Positions 29,533 through 38,776 of a stretch of DNA of 64,000 nt are shown one piece after another. Both the position numbers and the translations under genes were made by a program. The DNA comes from an uncultured cyanobacterium (GTDB taxonomy: Bacteria > Cyanobacteriota > Cyanobacteriia > CAKZMO01). How positions within the stretch are numbered: position 1 is the stretch's first letter; the number at the start of each line of letters is the position of its first letter. The notes beneath the pieces are model-generated. The model was not told the origin of the DNA and searched no databases. It saw nothing but the letters and a program-made list of their open reading frames with translations. Where the stretch lies: assembly GCA_963719515.1 (NCBI GenBank), contig CAVRCJ010000011.1, forward strand, positions 32,001-96,000, in the 5' to 3' direction.

Positions 29533-29752
29533 CAGCGACCTCCAAGCGGGTAATGAAGACCTCAGATTTTAGGCGAGCGGCAATTTCTGAAGGATCGGCA
29601 GCTTCGAAGAAGAGTTCGATCGCTTCAATTAAATTATTTCTGGCTTCTTCTACGGTGTCGCCTTGGCTAGCGATGTCTAGTTCAGGGCAGAGCGATACAT
29701 AGCCGTCATCTTCGCGTTCGATGAGTGCGGTGAATTGCTGTGTCTGTTTCAT
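29525..29752 (-). CDS. hicB: HicB family antitoxin
   Basis: YVSLCPELDIASQGDTVEEARNNLIEAI. Confidence 0.92.
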   Translation of the reverse strand: MKQTQQFTALIEREDDGYVSLCPELDIASQGDTVEEARNNLIEAIELFFEAADPSEIAARLKSEVFITRLEVAVG

Positions 29753-29798
29753 GGCTTACCTATATCGGGTTGAGGGCTGTCTTTTCGGTCGTTGAGGG

Positions 29799-30120
29799 CT
29801 AGTTGTTACCCTGCTTTCGCCTTATCTCTATTGCTGATTCTCTAATGGCTTCGGCAATTTCGCGAAAGGCTTCGTCTTGATTGTCCCCGGTGGTGATGGG
29901 CTGGTGGTTTTTGGGTAGGATGTCGAGCTGGCTGAAGGGTTCGCCGATGTAGTCTGTGGGGCGGAGGAGGATGGGGATGGTGTGGGCTTGGCCGGTTTTG
30001 TGGCGCTGGATGGCGGGTAGGATTTCTTGCTGGTAGCAGGTTTCGTCGGCTAGGGCGTCGGGGGTGATGAGGAGCAGGATGATGTCGGCGGTGTGGATCT
30101 GCTGGTGGATGGTCTGAGTG
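29799..30120 (-). pseudogene. C-terminal half of a TIR-domain protein (no start)
   Basis: Translated by hand: ADIILLLITPDALADETCYQQEI...IPILLRPTDYIGEPFSQLDILPKN...DEAFREIAEAIR. Confidence 0.8.
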
Positions 30121-30125
30121 TTTAT

Positions 30126-30449
30126 CTAGCGCGTGTTTTGAGGATTGTGAGCTGATCTGCTTTTGCCAACAGCTCGTCTAGCTCCGATAGCTGCTCAGAG
30201 GAGAGTGAAGATTCCGCGTTTCGGGTAATCTAGCTCATTTAAATGATTTTGTTCGGCTACTGCTAGCTTGCAGCTCGCTAAGGCTGTTAGTTCATCAATA
30301 CTCAGTCCAAATAAGCGATTTTCATCTGGCTCAGATCGCTGGGTAAGTCGAGAATAGGTGCTCCAATCGAGTACGACGCCTACGCGACTATCCTCCGGAT
30401 ACACTGCGTGAACACCATCCCGGTTGGTAATGTACTGAACTTGCTCAGG
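30126..30449 (-). pseudogene. Frameshifted antitoxin-like gene
   Basis: QVQYITN...GVVLDW...LSIDELTALA; continues in another frame as LSELDELLAKADQLTILKTRAR. Confidence 0.65.
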
Positions 30450-30522
30450 TATGGTAGGCCGTACGTACGGCAGGGTATCTTGCTATCGTAGCAAGCCGGA
30501 TAGAGAAATTGTGAGTGCTCCG

Positions 30523-30704
30523 GTGAGCTACAACCCGGTGTACGGGGAGCGGCTATTAAAGCGGGCCATTCAGCGGGAGCTGGAGACGGCGATCGCCATC
30601 TCCATTTTGCGGGGGATTTTTGTGAGGGGGACACCATCTTTGTGGAGGTGGAGAATGAGCGACTAGCGTTTGAGCGGCTTCCGGCTGAGGTGGCGACGGT
30701 GTAG
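30523..30704 (+). repeat. clpB 3'-end duplication, copy 3 (182 nt, more diverged, 1-nt deletion)
   Basis: Co-linear with 27040-27222; same left boundary as copy 2. Confidence 0.93.
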
Positions 30705-30995
30705 ATAGTTAAAAACCACACAAGACCTCAGTCAACGGCAAGACTATCTGTCTTCAATTTGGGCCAGTTATGTATACCCTTGAGTTAGAATCTCAAAGGT
30801 ATTTTTGTACTGACTTCCCGGAGAAGCCGCAGTTTAGTATATGACGAGAAATAAAATCGACAACTGGGGATTCCCGAATATTGAACTTGGGAAACCTCGC
30901 CATAGAATCAATGCTCTGGCTATTTCTAATTGCTAATATTGGCTTAAATGCTTTAATAGCAATTTAAGTTAAATTAGACAGTGAGGATATAGTAA

Positions 30996-32042
30996 GTGTT
31001 TTTATCCAATCGGCATCGCCGAGTTTTAGTCGCCAAACTGAACGTCAGAAATGAGGCAAATACGCCTTCTGATATACCAGCATACGCTTTTGATGACATT
31101 ACAAATATCATTAAAAGTGAAAGAGAAAGCAAATCTACGAAATTTTTATTCCAAGGGGATTCGAAGCAGATCAGAATTAAAGACATCAAAGAATTTAAAA
31201 ACGACAAAGAAATCTATATCTGCTTACTTCTAAGTCTTAGCGATAAAGACGCACCAAATGCGGTATACGAAGAATTTGATAGTGGAGAGGTTAGAAAGTT
31301 TTCAAAAGAAGAAAATGAGGGGAGTTCCACAACATCACATGTCTTAATTGGTCATTCATTAAATGATGCGAATTTATACTATTCAATCTTGATTGAAAAA
31401 GTTCCTATACTAACTACACCTGTTATCAATCGCTATCTAAATTCGCTTCTAAAGAACTCGTCCTTTCTAAAAACGTACAACAAAGAAAATGAGCGGAAAG
31501 CGTACCGTCCAATTTTTGAAATTTTAGGCCGTCAGTCAAATACTCTACGCCGAGCTTTAGAGTTTGGAACTGTTCAAGATATTGAGCTGGTTGCTCATAA
31601 GGAAATACGTCAGGGCTTTGACGAATACCCTTTCTTAAAGGAGCAAAGGGAAGAAATTAAGCTAATTGTACAGGAAAAAGTAAATCCTAGTTTTTTTGAG
31701 GATCTTATTAGAGAATTGAGGGGTAATCAAAGCTACTCAAGCTTTGAACATATGTTCGTACGCATTAAGGATGCTGAAGGAGATATAAGACAATCCGAGA
31801 TAGATCCAGATGTTGATTTCCTGGAGCGTACATTCATTCAGACTGAAATTTTGAGAGGCTTTGATCCTCCGCTTGAGCAAGCTCATTCTAGCATTCGGGA
31901 TGATGTTTTTTGTAAAATGATAAGCCTTATAGGTACACCTCCGAGAAAGGTAGCAGCCGAAAGTGAAAAGCCTAAAAAAGATGCTGGGGAAAATAGTAGC
32001 CCAAACGCCTATACTAAAACCCCTGTCCTATCTACTGATTGA
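30996..32042 (+). CDS. AT-rich hypothetical soluble protein (348 aa)
   Basis: Long ORF, GAGG upstream of GTG; overlaps the downstream TM gene. Confidence 0.85.
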   Translation: MFLSNRHRRVLVAKLNVRNEANTPSDIPAYAFDDITNIIKSERESKSTKFLFQGDSKQIRIKDIKEFKNDKEIYICLLLSLSDKDAPNAVYEEFDSGEVRKFSKEENEGSSTTSHVLIGHSLNDANLYYSILIEKVPILTTPVINRYLNSLLKNSSFLKTYNKENERKAYRPIFEILGRQSNTLRRALEFGTVQDIELVAHKEIRQGFDEYPFLKEQREEIKLIVQEKVNPSFFEDLIRELRGNQSYSSFEHMFVRIKDAEGDIRQSEIDPDVDFLERTFIQTEILRGFDPPLEQAHSSIRDDVFCKMISLIGTPPRKVAAESEKPKKDAGENSSPNAYTKTPVLSTD

Positions 32043-32559
32043 GCACGAAAATCTCTATCAATTTAATTTTGTAATACCCAGTATACTGACATCTACTTTT
32101 GCATTACTTTTTATTGTCCTAGAACCTTATGTAATTATTTTTGGCTCAGGAGGGCTTGTTGAATCAATAAATAGCTCAATAGGAGCTTTAATAGGATTTT
32201 ACATTGCTGCTTTAGCAGCTATTGCTACCTTTGAAAATAAAAGGCTAGATAAAATAATAGTAGGGCGACCAGCAACCTTAACTTACTTCAGTGCCGGCAA
32301 AGAATATACTGAGAAGCTGACTCGGCGTAGGTTTCTGTCATTTTTATTTGGATATTGCTCGTTTACTTCAATTGTTTTATTTGTAGTTGGCACCTTTGCC
32401 AATGCGTTTTATACAGGCGTTAAGCTTTTGGTTCCGCTTCAAGCTCACATGCCATTAACTCTTATATTCGCTTGCGGTTATATCTTTGTTTTCTTCAACC
32501 TTATAATAACTACATTTTTAGGCCTATTCTACCTATCTGATCGTCTTCATCGAGATTGA
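31981..32559 (+). CDS. AT-rich hypothetical 4-TM membrane protein
   Basis: Four hydrophobic stretches; GFYIAALAAIATF and LTRRRFLSFLFGY; start uncertain (31963 or 31981). Confidence 0.85.
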   Translation: MLGKIVAQTPILKPLSYLLIEHENLYQFNFVIPSILTSTFALLFIVLEPYVIIFGSGGLVESINSSIGALIGFYIAALAAIATFENKRLDKIIVGRPATLTYFSAGKEYTEKLTRRRFLSFLFGYCSFTSIVLFVVGTFANAFYTGVKLLVPLQAHMPLTLIFACGYIFVFFNLIITTFLGLFYLSDRLHRD

Positions 32560-32705
32560 GCTATCAACTGCTCAAGCAATCGCGCATTTTATACCCATCA
32601 TCAGCGCCAATACAGATTTTGGTGCCTATGCAATTCAGAGAATCCGGACGTAGATAGAGAAGTCAAAAATTGGCAGTCGACTGGCTTCAATCTCAATGAC
32701 TACGG

Positions 32706-34041
32706 CAGGGTAAGCGCAAGAAAAAAACCGATATAAGATGCTATGGGGGAACGCAGGGACAACCACCATAGGCAGAGACATGACGAGCAAAGGATTTGGT
32801 AAATCTACACCGCCCAATGAAGCGTGCAACCGAGCCCAGGGAGTGCCAGTCTTTGTCGATGGAGACAACAGCGTACAGCAGCAGTGGCTGGGTACCTTTA
32901 GTGAGCTGAAAGACCCACGAGGGCCACAGGGGATAGAGCATCCGTTTTTGAGCATTGTGATGATAGCAATTTTGGCGACTATCGGCGGCGCAAGGGGATG
33001 GGAGGACATCGAAACCTATGGGGAAAGCCACGAGCAGTGGCTGGGGCAGTTTCTTGAATTGCCTAAAGGGGTGCCTAGTGCTGACACCTACAGACGGTTA
33101 TTCGAGCGCATCGAGCCAGAGGCGCTAGAGCGGTGCTTTTTGTTATGGGTGAAGCAGATTGCCCAAGTGACAGGAGCTCAGGTGATTCCGATTGATGGCA
33201 AGAGCGTGCGCGGCTCCTACGACCGAGGCAAAAAGCAGTCGGCATTGCACCTAGTAAGTGCCTGGAGCAGTGAGCACCAGCTGCTGCTAGGGCAAGTGAA
33301 GGTAGAGAGCAAGAGCAATGAGATCACGGCTATTCCAGCGCTATTGGAGCTGCTCGACATCAGTGGGTGTATCATCACGATTGACGCAATGGGCACTCAG
33401 CACGAGATTGCTAAGCAGATTGTTGCCAAAGGCGGGGACTATGTTTTGTGCCTGAAGGCGAACCATCCGACCCTCTCAAAGCAGGTGAGTGACTGGTTCG
33501 ATAAAGCTCAGGCAACGGGATTTGAAGGCATTGAGCACAGCTACGACCGGCGATGTGACGGAGCTCATCAGCGCATTGAGCATCGGCAGGTGTGGGCAGT
33601 GCCTTTGAGTGCGATTGAACCTGTGCATGGTCAAGCCCAGTGGTCAGGGCTGCAAAGCATCGTCATGGTCAAGCGCGTGCGGCACCTGTGGAACAAGACG
33701 ACTCAAGAGACGATGATGTATTTGACCTCACTCCCTTGTGATGCCGTCGCCATTGGCCGGGCAATTCGCACCCATTGGAGTATCGAAAACCAGCTGCACT
33801 GGGTACTCGATGTGACTTTTGGCGAGGATGCTTCTCGCATTCGCTCGGGGCATGCCCCACAGAATATAGCCCTACTGCGGCGCATGGCTATCGGTATGCT
33901 CAACCAGGAAACCTCTAAGAAGCGAAGTCTAAGTCAGAAGGCGAAGCGAGCCTCGATGAGTCCTGACTATATGCTCACAGTCCTCTCCGCCGCACTCTCG
34001 CCATAGCACATTTTTATGATGTTTTTCTTGCGCTTACCCTG
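32706..34041 (+). mobile_element. Complete ISAs1-family element (1336 bp)
   Basis: TIR CAGGGTAAGCGCAAGAAAAA; 10-bp TSD ATGACTACGG at 32696-32705 and 34042-34051. Confidence 0.96.
32738..34006 (+). CDS. ISAs1 transposase
   Basis: IPIDGK, KSNEITAIP, TIDAMG, HWSIENQLHWVLDVTFGED. Confidence 0.96.
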   Translation: MLWGNAGTTTIGRDMTSKGFGKSTPPNEACNRAQGVPVFVDGDNSVQQQWLGTFSELKDPRGPQGIEHPFLSIVMIAILATIGGARGWEDIETYGESHEQWLGQFLELPKGVPSADTYRRLFERIEPEALERCFLLWVKQIAQVTGAQVIPIDGKSVRGSYDRGKKQSALHLVSAWSSEHQLLLGQVKVESKSNEITAIPALLELLDISGCIITIDAMGTQHEIAKQIVAKGGDYVLCLKANHPTLSKQVSDWFDKAQATGFEGIEHSYDRRCDGAHQRIEHRQVWAVPLSAIEPVHGQAQWSGLQSIVMVKRVRHLWNKTTQETMMYLTSLPCDAVAIGRAIRTHWSIENQLHWVLDVTFGEDASRIRSGHAPQNIALLRRMAIGMLNQETSKKRSLSQKAKRASMSPDYMLTVLSAALSP

Positions 34042-34111
34042 ATGACTACGGCGATCTCTATAGCTTTCTCAAGATCAAGTGTTCGCTCAAAAGTCATAGC
34101 ATTTGCTAGTC

Positions 34112-34148
34112 ATGCCGAGGCGATCTCGCTGCGAGATCGCCTCGGCAT
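34112..34148. repeat. Perfect 18-bp-arm palindrome
   Basis: ATGCCGAGGCGATCTCGC-T-GCGAGATCGCCTCGGCAT. Confidence 0.8.
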
Positions 34149-34216
34149 TCTATTCGCCCTCAAACAACAAGCTACAATTCACGTAGTGTCCAGAGAGTTT
34201 CAGGTAAAAGCTCCTC

Positions 34217-34453
34217 ATGATCCAACCTACACTCTTAGAAAAGCTAGAAGCTTTGCCCGAGCACCTTCAGGTCGAAGTGCTCCACTACGTTGAGTTCTTG
34301 CTAGAAAAGAAAGTTAACGGCAAAGCTATCCCTATACATGAATCACCTAAGGCGCAGGACGAAAACCGCTACGGCTATGGCAGCATGGCTGGACAAATTA
34401 CCATGTCAGATGATTTCGATAAGCCTCTAGAAGAATTAGCGGAATACATGTAG
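34217..34453 (+). CDS. DUF2281-like antitoxin
   Basis: LPEHLQVEVLHYVEFL, GSMAGQITMSDDFDKPL. Confidence 0.85.
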   Translation: MIQPTLLEKLEALPEHLQVEVLHYVEFLLEKKVNGKAIPIHESPKAQDENRYGYGSMAGQITMSDDFDKPLEELAEYM

Positions 34454-34454
34454 C

Positions 34455-34601
34455 ATGGCAGCGCTTTTAGATACCCATGTGCTGCTGTGGTACGTGATGG
34501 CTGATGACAGGTTAAGCGATCGCGCTAAATCACTCGTCGACACGCGGTCAGACCTATTTTTCAGTACCGCTAGCCTATGGGAAATTTCAACAAAGATCAG
34601 C
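34455..34601 (+). pseudogene. Truncated PIN/VapC toxin
   Basis: LLDTHVLLW...ASLWEISTKIS, then unrelated sequence. Confidence 0.85.
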
Positions 34602-34799
34602 GGCAAAAATCGCGTAGGGCTGCTTGCGAAGCGCTGCCTTGAGCAGAAAAATCAGCGTCGTGATGATCTCATTATGCTCAGGCGCGCCGCCAGTCATCGG
34701 AACAATTTCTCCAGCGCGGTATTCGCTGCGGGTCTCTGACGCGACCTCCAAAGCAAGGTAGTCTTCAGCCGTGTAGGTTTTACCGGCAGCAATAACCAT
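34587..34799 (-). pseudogene. Truncated Uma2 endonuclease (N-terminal part)
   Basis: YTAEDYLALE..RSEYRAGEIVPMTGG..HN; ends at AADL. Confidence 0.85.
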
Positions 34800-34967
34800 A
34801 GCGTTCCCTGTGTATTGCCCCTCAGCCCCGAGGAGAGCTATCGCTATCCTAGCAAGCTAACGAAAGGGCCATTGACCCAACCGCCCCCCATGCTGTAACG
34901 TGATACGCCATAGCCCTAATACAGCTATACGCCTATGTAACGAACCAACGCAACAAGCCATTATTAC

Positions 34968-35123
34968 GCTCCCTGGAAGTGCAGCAACACGACCAGAGAG
35001 CTAAGCCCCAGCGCTGAAGGAAGCAGCACGGAGGCCTACGAGGCATTATGCCACTCCCGTAGCGCCACCCTGTTTGTCCTGCCCAATTTTTACGGGCACC
35101 AGCGGGGTGGCTTGATTGTTTTT
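34968..35123 (+). promoter_or_regulatory. Candidate structured leader RNA, copy B
   Basis: P1 34968-35001, P2 ~35011-35029, P3 35064-35111 then T-rich; shared motifs with 1256-1395. Confidence 0.6.
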
Positions 35124-35185
35124 GGCCCATCATCGGCGATCGCCGTTCGATCGATAAACCATCGCATCGATACGGCATCGGCACG

Positions 35186-35213
35186 GTAGGGCCATGGCAT
35201 GCCATGGCCCTAC
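35186..35213. repeat. GTAG-type REP palindrome
   Basis: GTAGGGCCATGGCATGCCATGGCCCTAC, perfect 28-bp palindrome. Confidence 0.8.
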
Positions 35214-35254
35214 AAAAATATCGGACCCATCCAAAACAATTCGGGAGAAACCCC

Positions 35255-35563
35255 ATGACCGCGACGAATTACAGCGATCGCTCCAATCAATCCGATCATC
35301 ACCCCAACCCCCCGTACGGGCACAGCACGCTGTGCCCCAACCCAACCAATCGCCCCAATCCCTTTCCCCAGCCTCAAGACCCCAACAACGACGTTCTGCA
35401 AATCATCGCCATCGGCCCCCGCACCACCGTCGACCACTACATGATTCGCCAGCACCAGCTCGGCTACGCAGAACCCAAAGAGTGGAGCCCTCCCCTTCCC
35501 GCCCCCGACGGTATCAACACCATGCGCATCCTCACCAAGCGCTTCCCCAAACGGCGAGACTAG
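35255..35563 (+). CDS. Small hypothetical protein, homolog of 1432-1782
   Basis: LQIIAIGP...HQLGYAEPKEWSPPLP...MRIL; GGGAG RBS before ATG 35255. Confidence 0.8.
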   Translation: MTATNYSDRSNQSDHHPNPPYGHSTLCPNPTNRPNPFPQPQDPNNDVLQIIAIGPRTTVDHYMIRQHQLGYAEPKEWSPPLPAPDGINTMRILTKRFPKRRD

Positions 35564-35634
35564 CCGCGCCTGCGCAATAGCCTGAGCGATCGCTGCCGTG
35601 AAAGAGCGGCGATCGCTCAATCTAAACCGAGAAA

Positions 35635-36777
35635 CTACTGGCCCTGACTAGGCAGATAGCGCTGCAGCAAAGACGACCAATCTGATTCACTCAACTCCTG
35701 CAAAATCTGCTGGTTTAACGATTCTCGCAGGGGGGAATTGTTGGGGAGCGCAAATGCGTACTGACTAGCTTGAATGCCCGTGCTTTCTATCTGAAGACGC
35801 TTTTGAAAATCGTCTTGATTTAGCGTCTGCAGCGTCGTCGCGCCATCTACAAAAGCGTCAATTTCGCCGCTGGCAACCGCTTCTAGGCCCGCTTTGGGAG
35901 CAGAAAAGGTCTGAAACTGAATTTGCTCCTGCTTCAGGTACTGAGCTGCAGTAGAGTTCTCGATGCTGCCCACCTGCATCGACGTCAAATCCTCTATTGG
36001 AAGAGGCTGAATTCCCTCATTAAGCAATAAAACCGAGGTGATTGACGAAGTAAGACTTGCCGTAAGTCCCATCGCCACAAGCATCCAGATCAGGGCTAAA
36101 ATACGCCCCAGAACGGTTTGGGGCGCTTTATCCCCATAGCCAATTGTCGTCATAGTGACGCCAGCCCACCAAAAGCCATCCCAAATGCCTTTGATCGGAG
36201 ACTTGCTGTACATATTCTCGTTGGAGCTCCGCTCAAAAAGCCAGCACAGCAGCCCCACCACAAATAAGATCATAGACAGCCCAAGGCAAATTTTCAGGAA
36301 CTGAGGCGACACGACGGCTTTGACAACTTCCCACAGCCGCTGTCTCCGTTTCGTGGCAATGCCCAACGTCGTGGCGAAGTAGCTCTGAGTAAAGTTCACC
36401 CGCTGCTCCCTAGCGACAGTGGCGGTCATTAGGGCGACGTCTAGGGTGCCGGATTCTAGCTGGGCAACTGCCTGCTCCGGCTGAACTTCGCGCCACTGAT
36501 AGTCAAGGTTGAGTTCGTAGGCCATTTCGCGCCAGAGCTGCACACCAATGCCATCCCAATCGGTATCGCCCTGATTGTTGCTGGATTTGATAACGAAGGG
36601 TGGGGCAGAGAGCAGTCCCACCGTCAGGGTTCGCCCTTCTGAGCCTATTGGACTGGCGGGAGCCGCTTGGGGAGCTTCGCGAGACGCCTCCGGCGTTTGG
36701 GCTACGGTGAACGCTCTAGGAAGAACAAGAAGCAGACAGACTATCAGCGCACTTAACACATAAGATAGAGGCCTCAT
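35635..36777 (-). CDS. GluR0-like ligand-gated K+ channel (split substrate-binding domain plus pore)
   Basis: TMTTIGYGD filter between two SBP half-domains. Confidence 0.88.
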   Translation of the reverse strand: MRPLSYVLSALIVCLLLVLPRAFTVAQTPEASREAPQAAPASPIGSEGRTLTVGLLSAPPFVIKSSNNQGDTDWDGIGVQLWREMAYELNLDYQWREVQPEQAVAQLESGTLDVALMTATVAREQRVNFTQSYFATTLGIATKRRQRLWEVVKAVVSPQFLKICLGLSMILFVVGLLCWLFERSSNENMYSKSPIKGIWDGFWWAGVTMTTIGYGDKAPQTVLGRILALIWMLVAMGLTASLTSSITSVLLLNEGIQPLPIEDLTSMQVGSIENSTAAQYLKQEQIQFQTFSAPKAGLEAVASGEIDAFVDGATTLQTLNQDDFQKRLQIESTGIQASQYAFALPNNSPLRESLNQQILQELSESDWSSLLQRYLPSQGQ

Positions 36778-36980
36778 TCTGCAAGCAATCGCTCGCTGCT
36801 TTCTTGCTCCCATTGCTGCTTAACCGTTCCAGTACGGTTTAACCTTGACTGGTAAAGGTAACGTTCTGCCACCGCCAGAAGAGGGAGACGATGCCTTTGA
36901 AATGCCCATCGACCAGTTACCTGGCCCTGCTTCACCTTGCGCCCGGCAGAGATACGCCTACACTCAAACGGAACAACTCT

Positions 36981-37086
36981 ATGAGCGAATTACAGCCTGC
37001 CGCGATCGCTGCGCTGGAGGCTCCGGCGCGGGCACGTTCGAACTACCCGGAGCCCTTTGCCTCAAGGATGGCGGGGCGAGAAAAGT
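36981..37086 (+). pseudogene. N-terminal remnant of a cupin-domain protein
   Basis: SNYPEPFASRMAGREK motif, then runs into the end of dcd. Confidence 0.6.
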
Positions 37087-37098
37087 TCTACAGCAGGG

Positions 37099-37731
37099 CT
37101 ACACCTTCGCCAACGTCACGGCCTGGGGCTGATCTTGGTACTTACCCCGCCGCTTTTCGTAGCTCACCTCGCAGGGCTCCCCCTCAAAAAACAGCAGCTG
37201 CACGATGCCCTCCCCAGCGTAGATACGGCAGTCGGCGCTAGAGGAATTAGAGAATTCTAAGGTGAGGTGGCCGCGCCACGCCGCCTCTGCCGGGGTCAAG
37301 TTAGCGATAATGCCGCAGCGGGCATAGGTGCTCTTGCCAATGCAGATAACGCTAATATTCTCAGGGACTTCTAGGTGCTCCAGCGCCACCCCGAGCCCGT
37401 AGGAATGGGCCGGTAAAATAAAGAACTCTCCCTGTTCGTCTTGGTGAAGCTCGGTCTGCACCAGATTGTCGGGATTGAAGCATTTGGGGTCGACCACCGT
37501 GCCGGGAATATGGCGGAAGATGCGAAACTCAGCGGGGGAAAGCCGGATGTCGTAGCCATAGGACGACAGGCCGTAGCTGATCACGAGGCGCGACGCTGGG
37601 TCCGGGCTGGGGGCGATCGCCTGCGGCGGCGAGGTTTCCGGCTGCGACAGCCGACGGACTAGAGCGGGCTCGAACGGGCTAATCATCCCAGACTGCGCCA
37701 TCTGAGTGATCCAGGCGTCGTTTTTAATCAT
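37099..37731 (-). CDS. dcd: dCTP deaminase
   Basis: ISYGLSSYGYD, GKSTYARCG, YAGEGIVQ, GKYQ. Confidence 0.95.
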   Translation of the reverse strand: MIKNDAWITQMAQSGMISPFEPALVRRLSQPETSPPQAIAPSPDPASRLVISYGLSSYGYDIRLSPAEFRIFRHIPGTVVDPKCFNPDNLVQTELHQDEQGEFFILPAHSYGLGVALEHLEVPENISVICIGKSTYARCGIIANLTPAEAAWRGHLTLEFSNSSSADCRIYAGEGIVQLLFFEGEPCEVSYEKRRGKYQDQPQAVTLAKV

Positions 37732-37762
37732 GGAGAATTCCCTATCCGTGAACGGTATGACA

Positions 37763-38311
37763 TCAAAAGCGATGGGTACGGCGTAGCTCGGTTACCTGGT
37801 CCGCCACCTGCAGAACCGCCGAGGGCATATCGGGGCCGGTGAGCACAACATCCACATGGGGCGGACGCTGCTTCAGAAATATCAGCAGCTCGTCTACAGG
37901 AATAAAGTTGAACTTGATGGCGAGGCTCAACTCGTCTAGAACCACCAGCGAGTAGCGGCCTTGACGAACCACCGTTTGAGTATGCTGCCAAAGGTGCCGG
38001 AGCGCTTCAACGTCACCTTCGCTCAGCTGGCTATCGAGATGGGAGGCGTCGACGCAGTGGGTAAGGCCGCAGCGGAGCCAATCTAGATGCTGCCCCAGCT
38101 GAACCGGATGCTCGGGGCCTTGAGCAATGCCCCCCTTGAGAAATTGCACCACCAAAACAGGTGCGCCTTGACCCGCTGCCCTCAAAGCTTGAGCCATGAC
38201 GTCGGTAAAGAAGCTGCGGTAGGCGCTGGTGAAGACCTGAATTTGGCCGTCAATCACGTGAAGATGACGCGGAGTAGGGGGGCGATCCAATCGGGAGAGC
38301 TGGGAGACCAT
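37763..38311 (-). CDS. Cob(I)alamin adenosyltransferase-like (CobA/BtuR-type) protein
   Basis: VVQFLKGG, VVLDE, VVLTG, ADQVTE. Confidence 0.8.
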   Translation of the reverse strand: MVSQLSRLDRPPTPRHLHVIDGQIQVFTSAYRSFFTDVMAQALRAAGQGAPVLVVQFLKGGIAQGPEHPVQLGQHLDWLRCGLTHCVDASHLDSQLSEGDVEALRHLWQHTQTVVRQGRYSLVVLDELSLAIKFNFIPVDELLIFLKQRPPHVDVVLTGPDMPSAVLQVADQVTELRRTHRF

Positions 38312-38776
38312 CTTGTGCTTCTAATGACGATAACTCAAAAACGAGGCCGCTTCGGGGATCTTTCGGCGGGGCGGGACAAAGGTAAGTGTAGCGTGCGCCT
38401 CCGCCATTCTACCCGCATCTGACCCCATATCTATTAAAATCCACGGCTTCGTTCTGTCAAGATTACGGCGAAGTGCTGTCGAGAGTTTCACGCGGGCGAT
38501 CGCCCAAGCTGCTGATGCCTATCACCATTTTCCTTTTCTTAAGAGAAGTTTTACAATTCTTAAGCAAGCCTTAAATCCTCCGCATTATCCCCCCCCTTAG
38601 GATTGAATTTCTAGAGAAATTGTCGTTCTATGAGCCATAAGCCCCGAATTCGTCAGCTCAACCTCCTGAGGCGCTGCCGATCAAAATCCTCTACCGCCGT
38701 GCTGTCTAACCGTAAGCGGATAATAGTGGAGAAAGCCTTGAGCTACGGGGTGTGCACTTATTCAAATGGTTTAGTG

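Noticed and set aside
27995..30704. clpB fragments as expressed mini-proteins or DGR template repeats
   Set aside because: No start or RBS, copy 3 is frameshifted, differences are not adenine-specific, and there is no reverse transcriptase in the window.
32635..34097. 38-aa ORF (MTFERTLDLEKAIEIAVV|IEIEAS...) restored by removing ISAs1
   Set aside because: Too short; the resemblance to an HD-domain N-terminus is weak.
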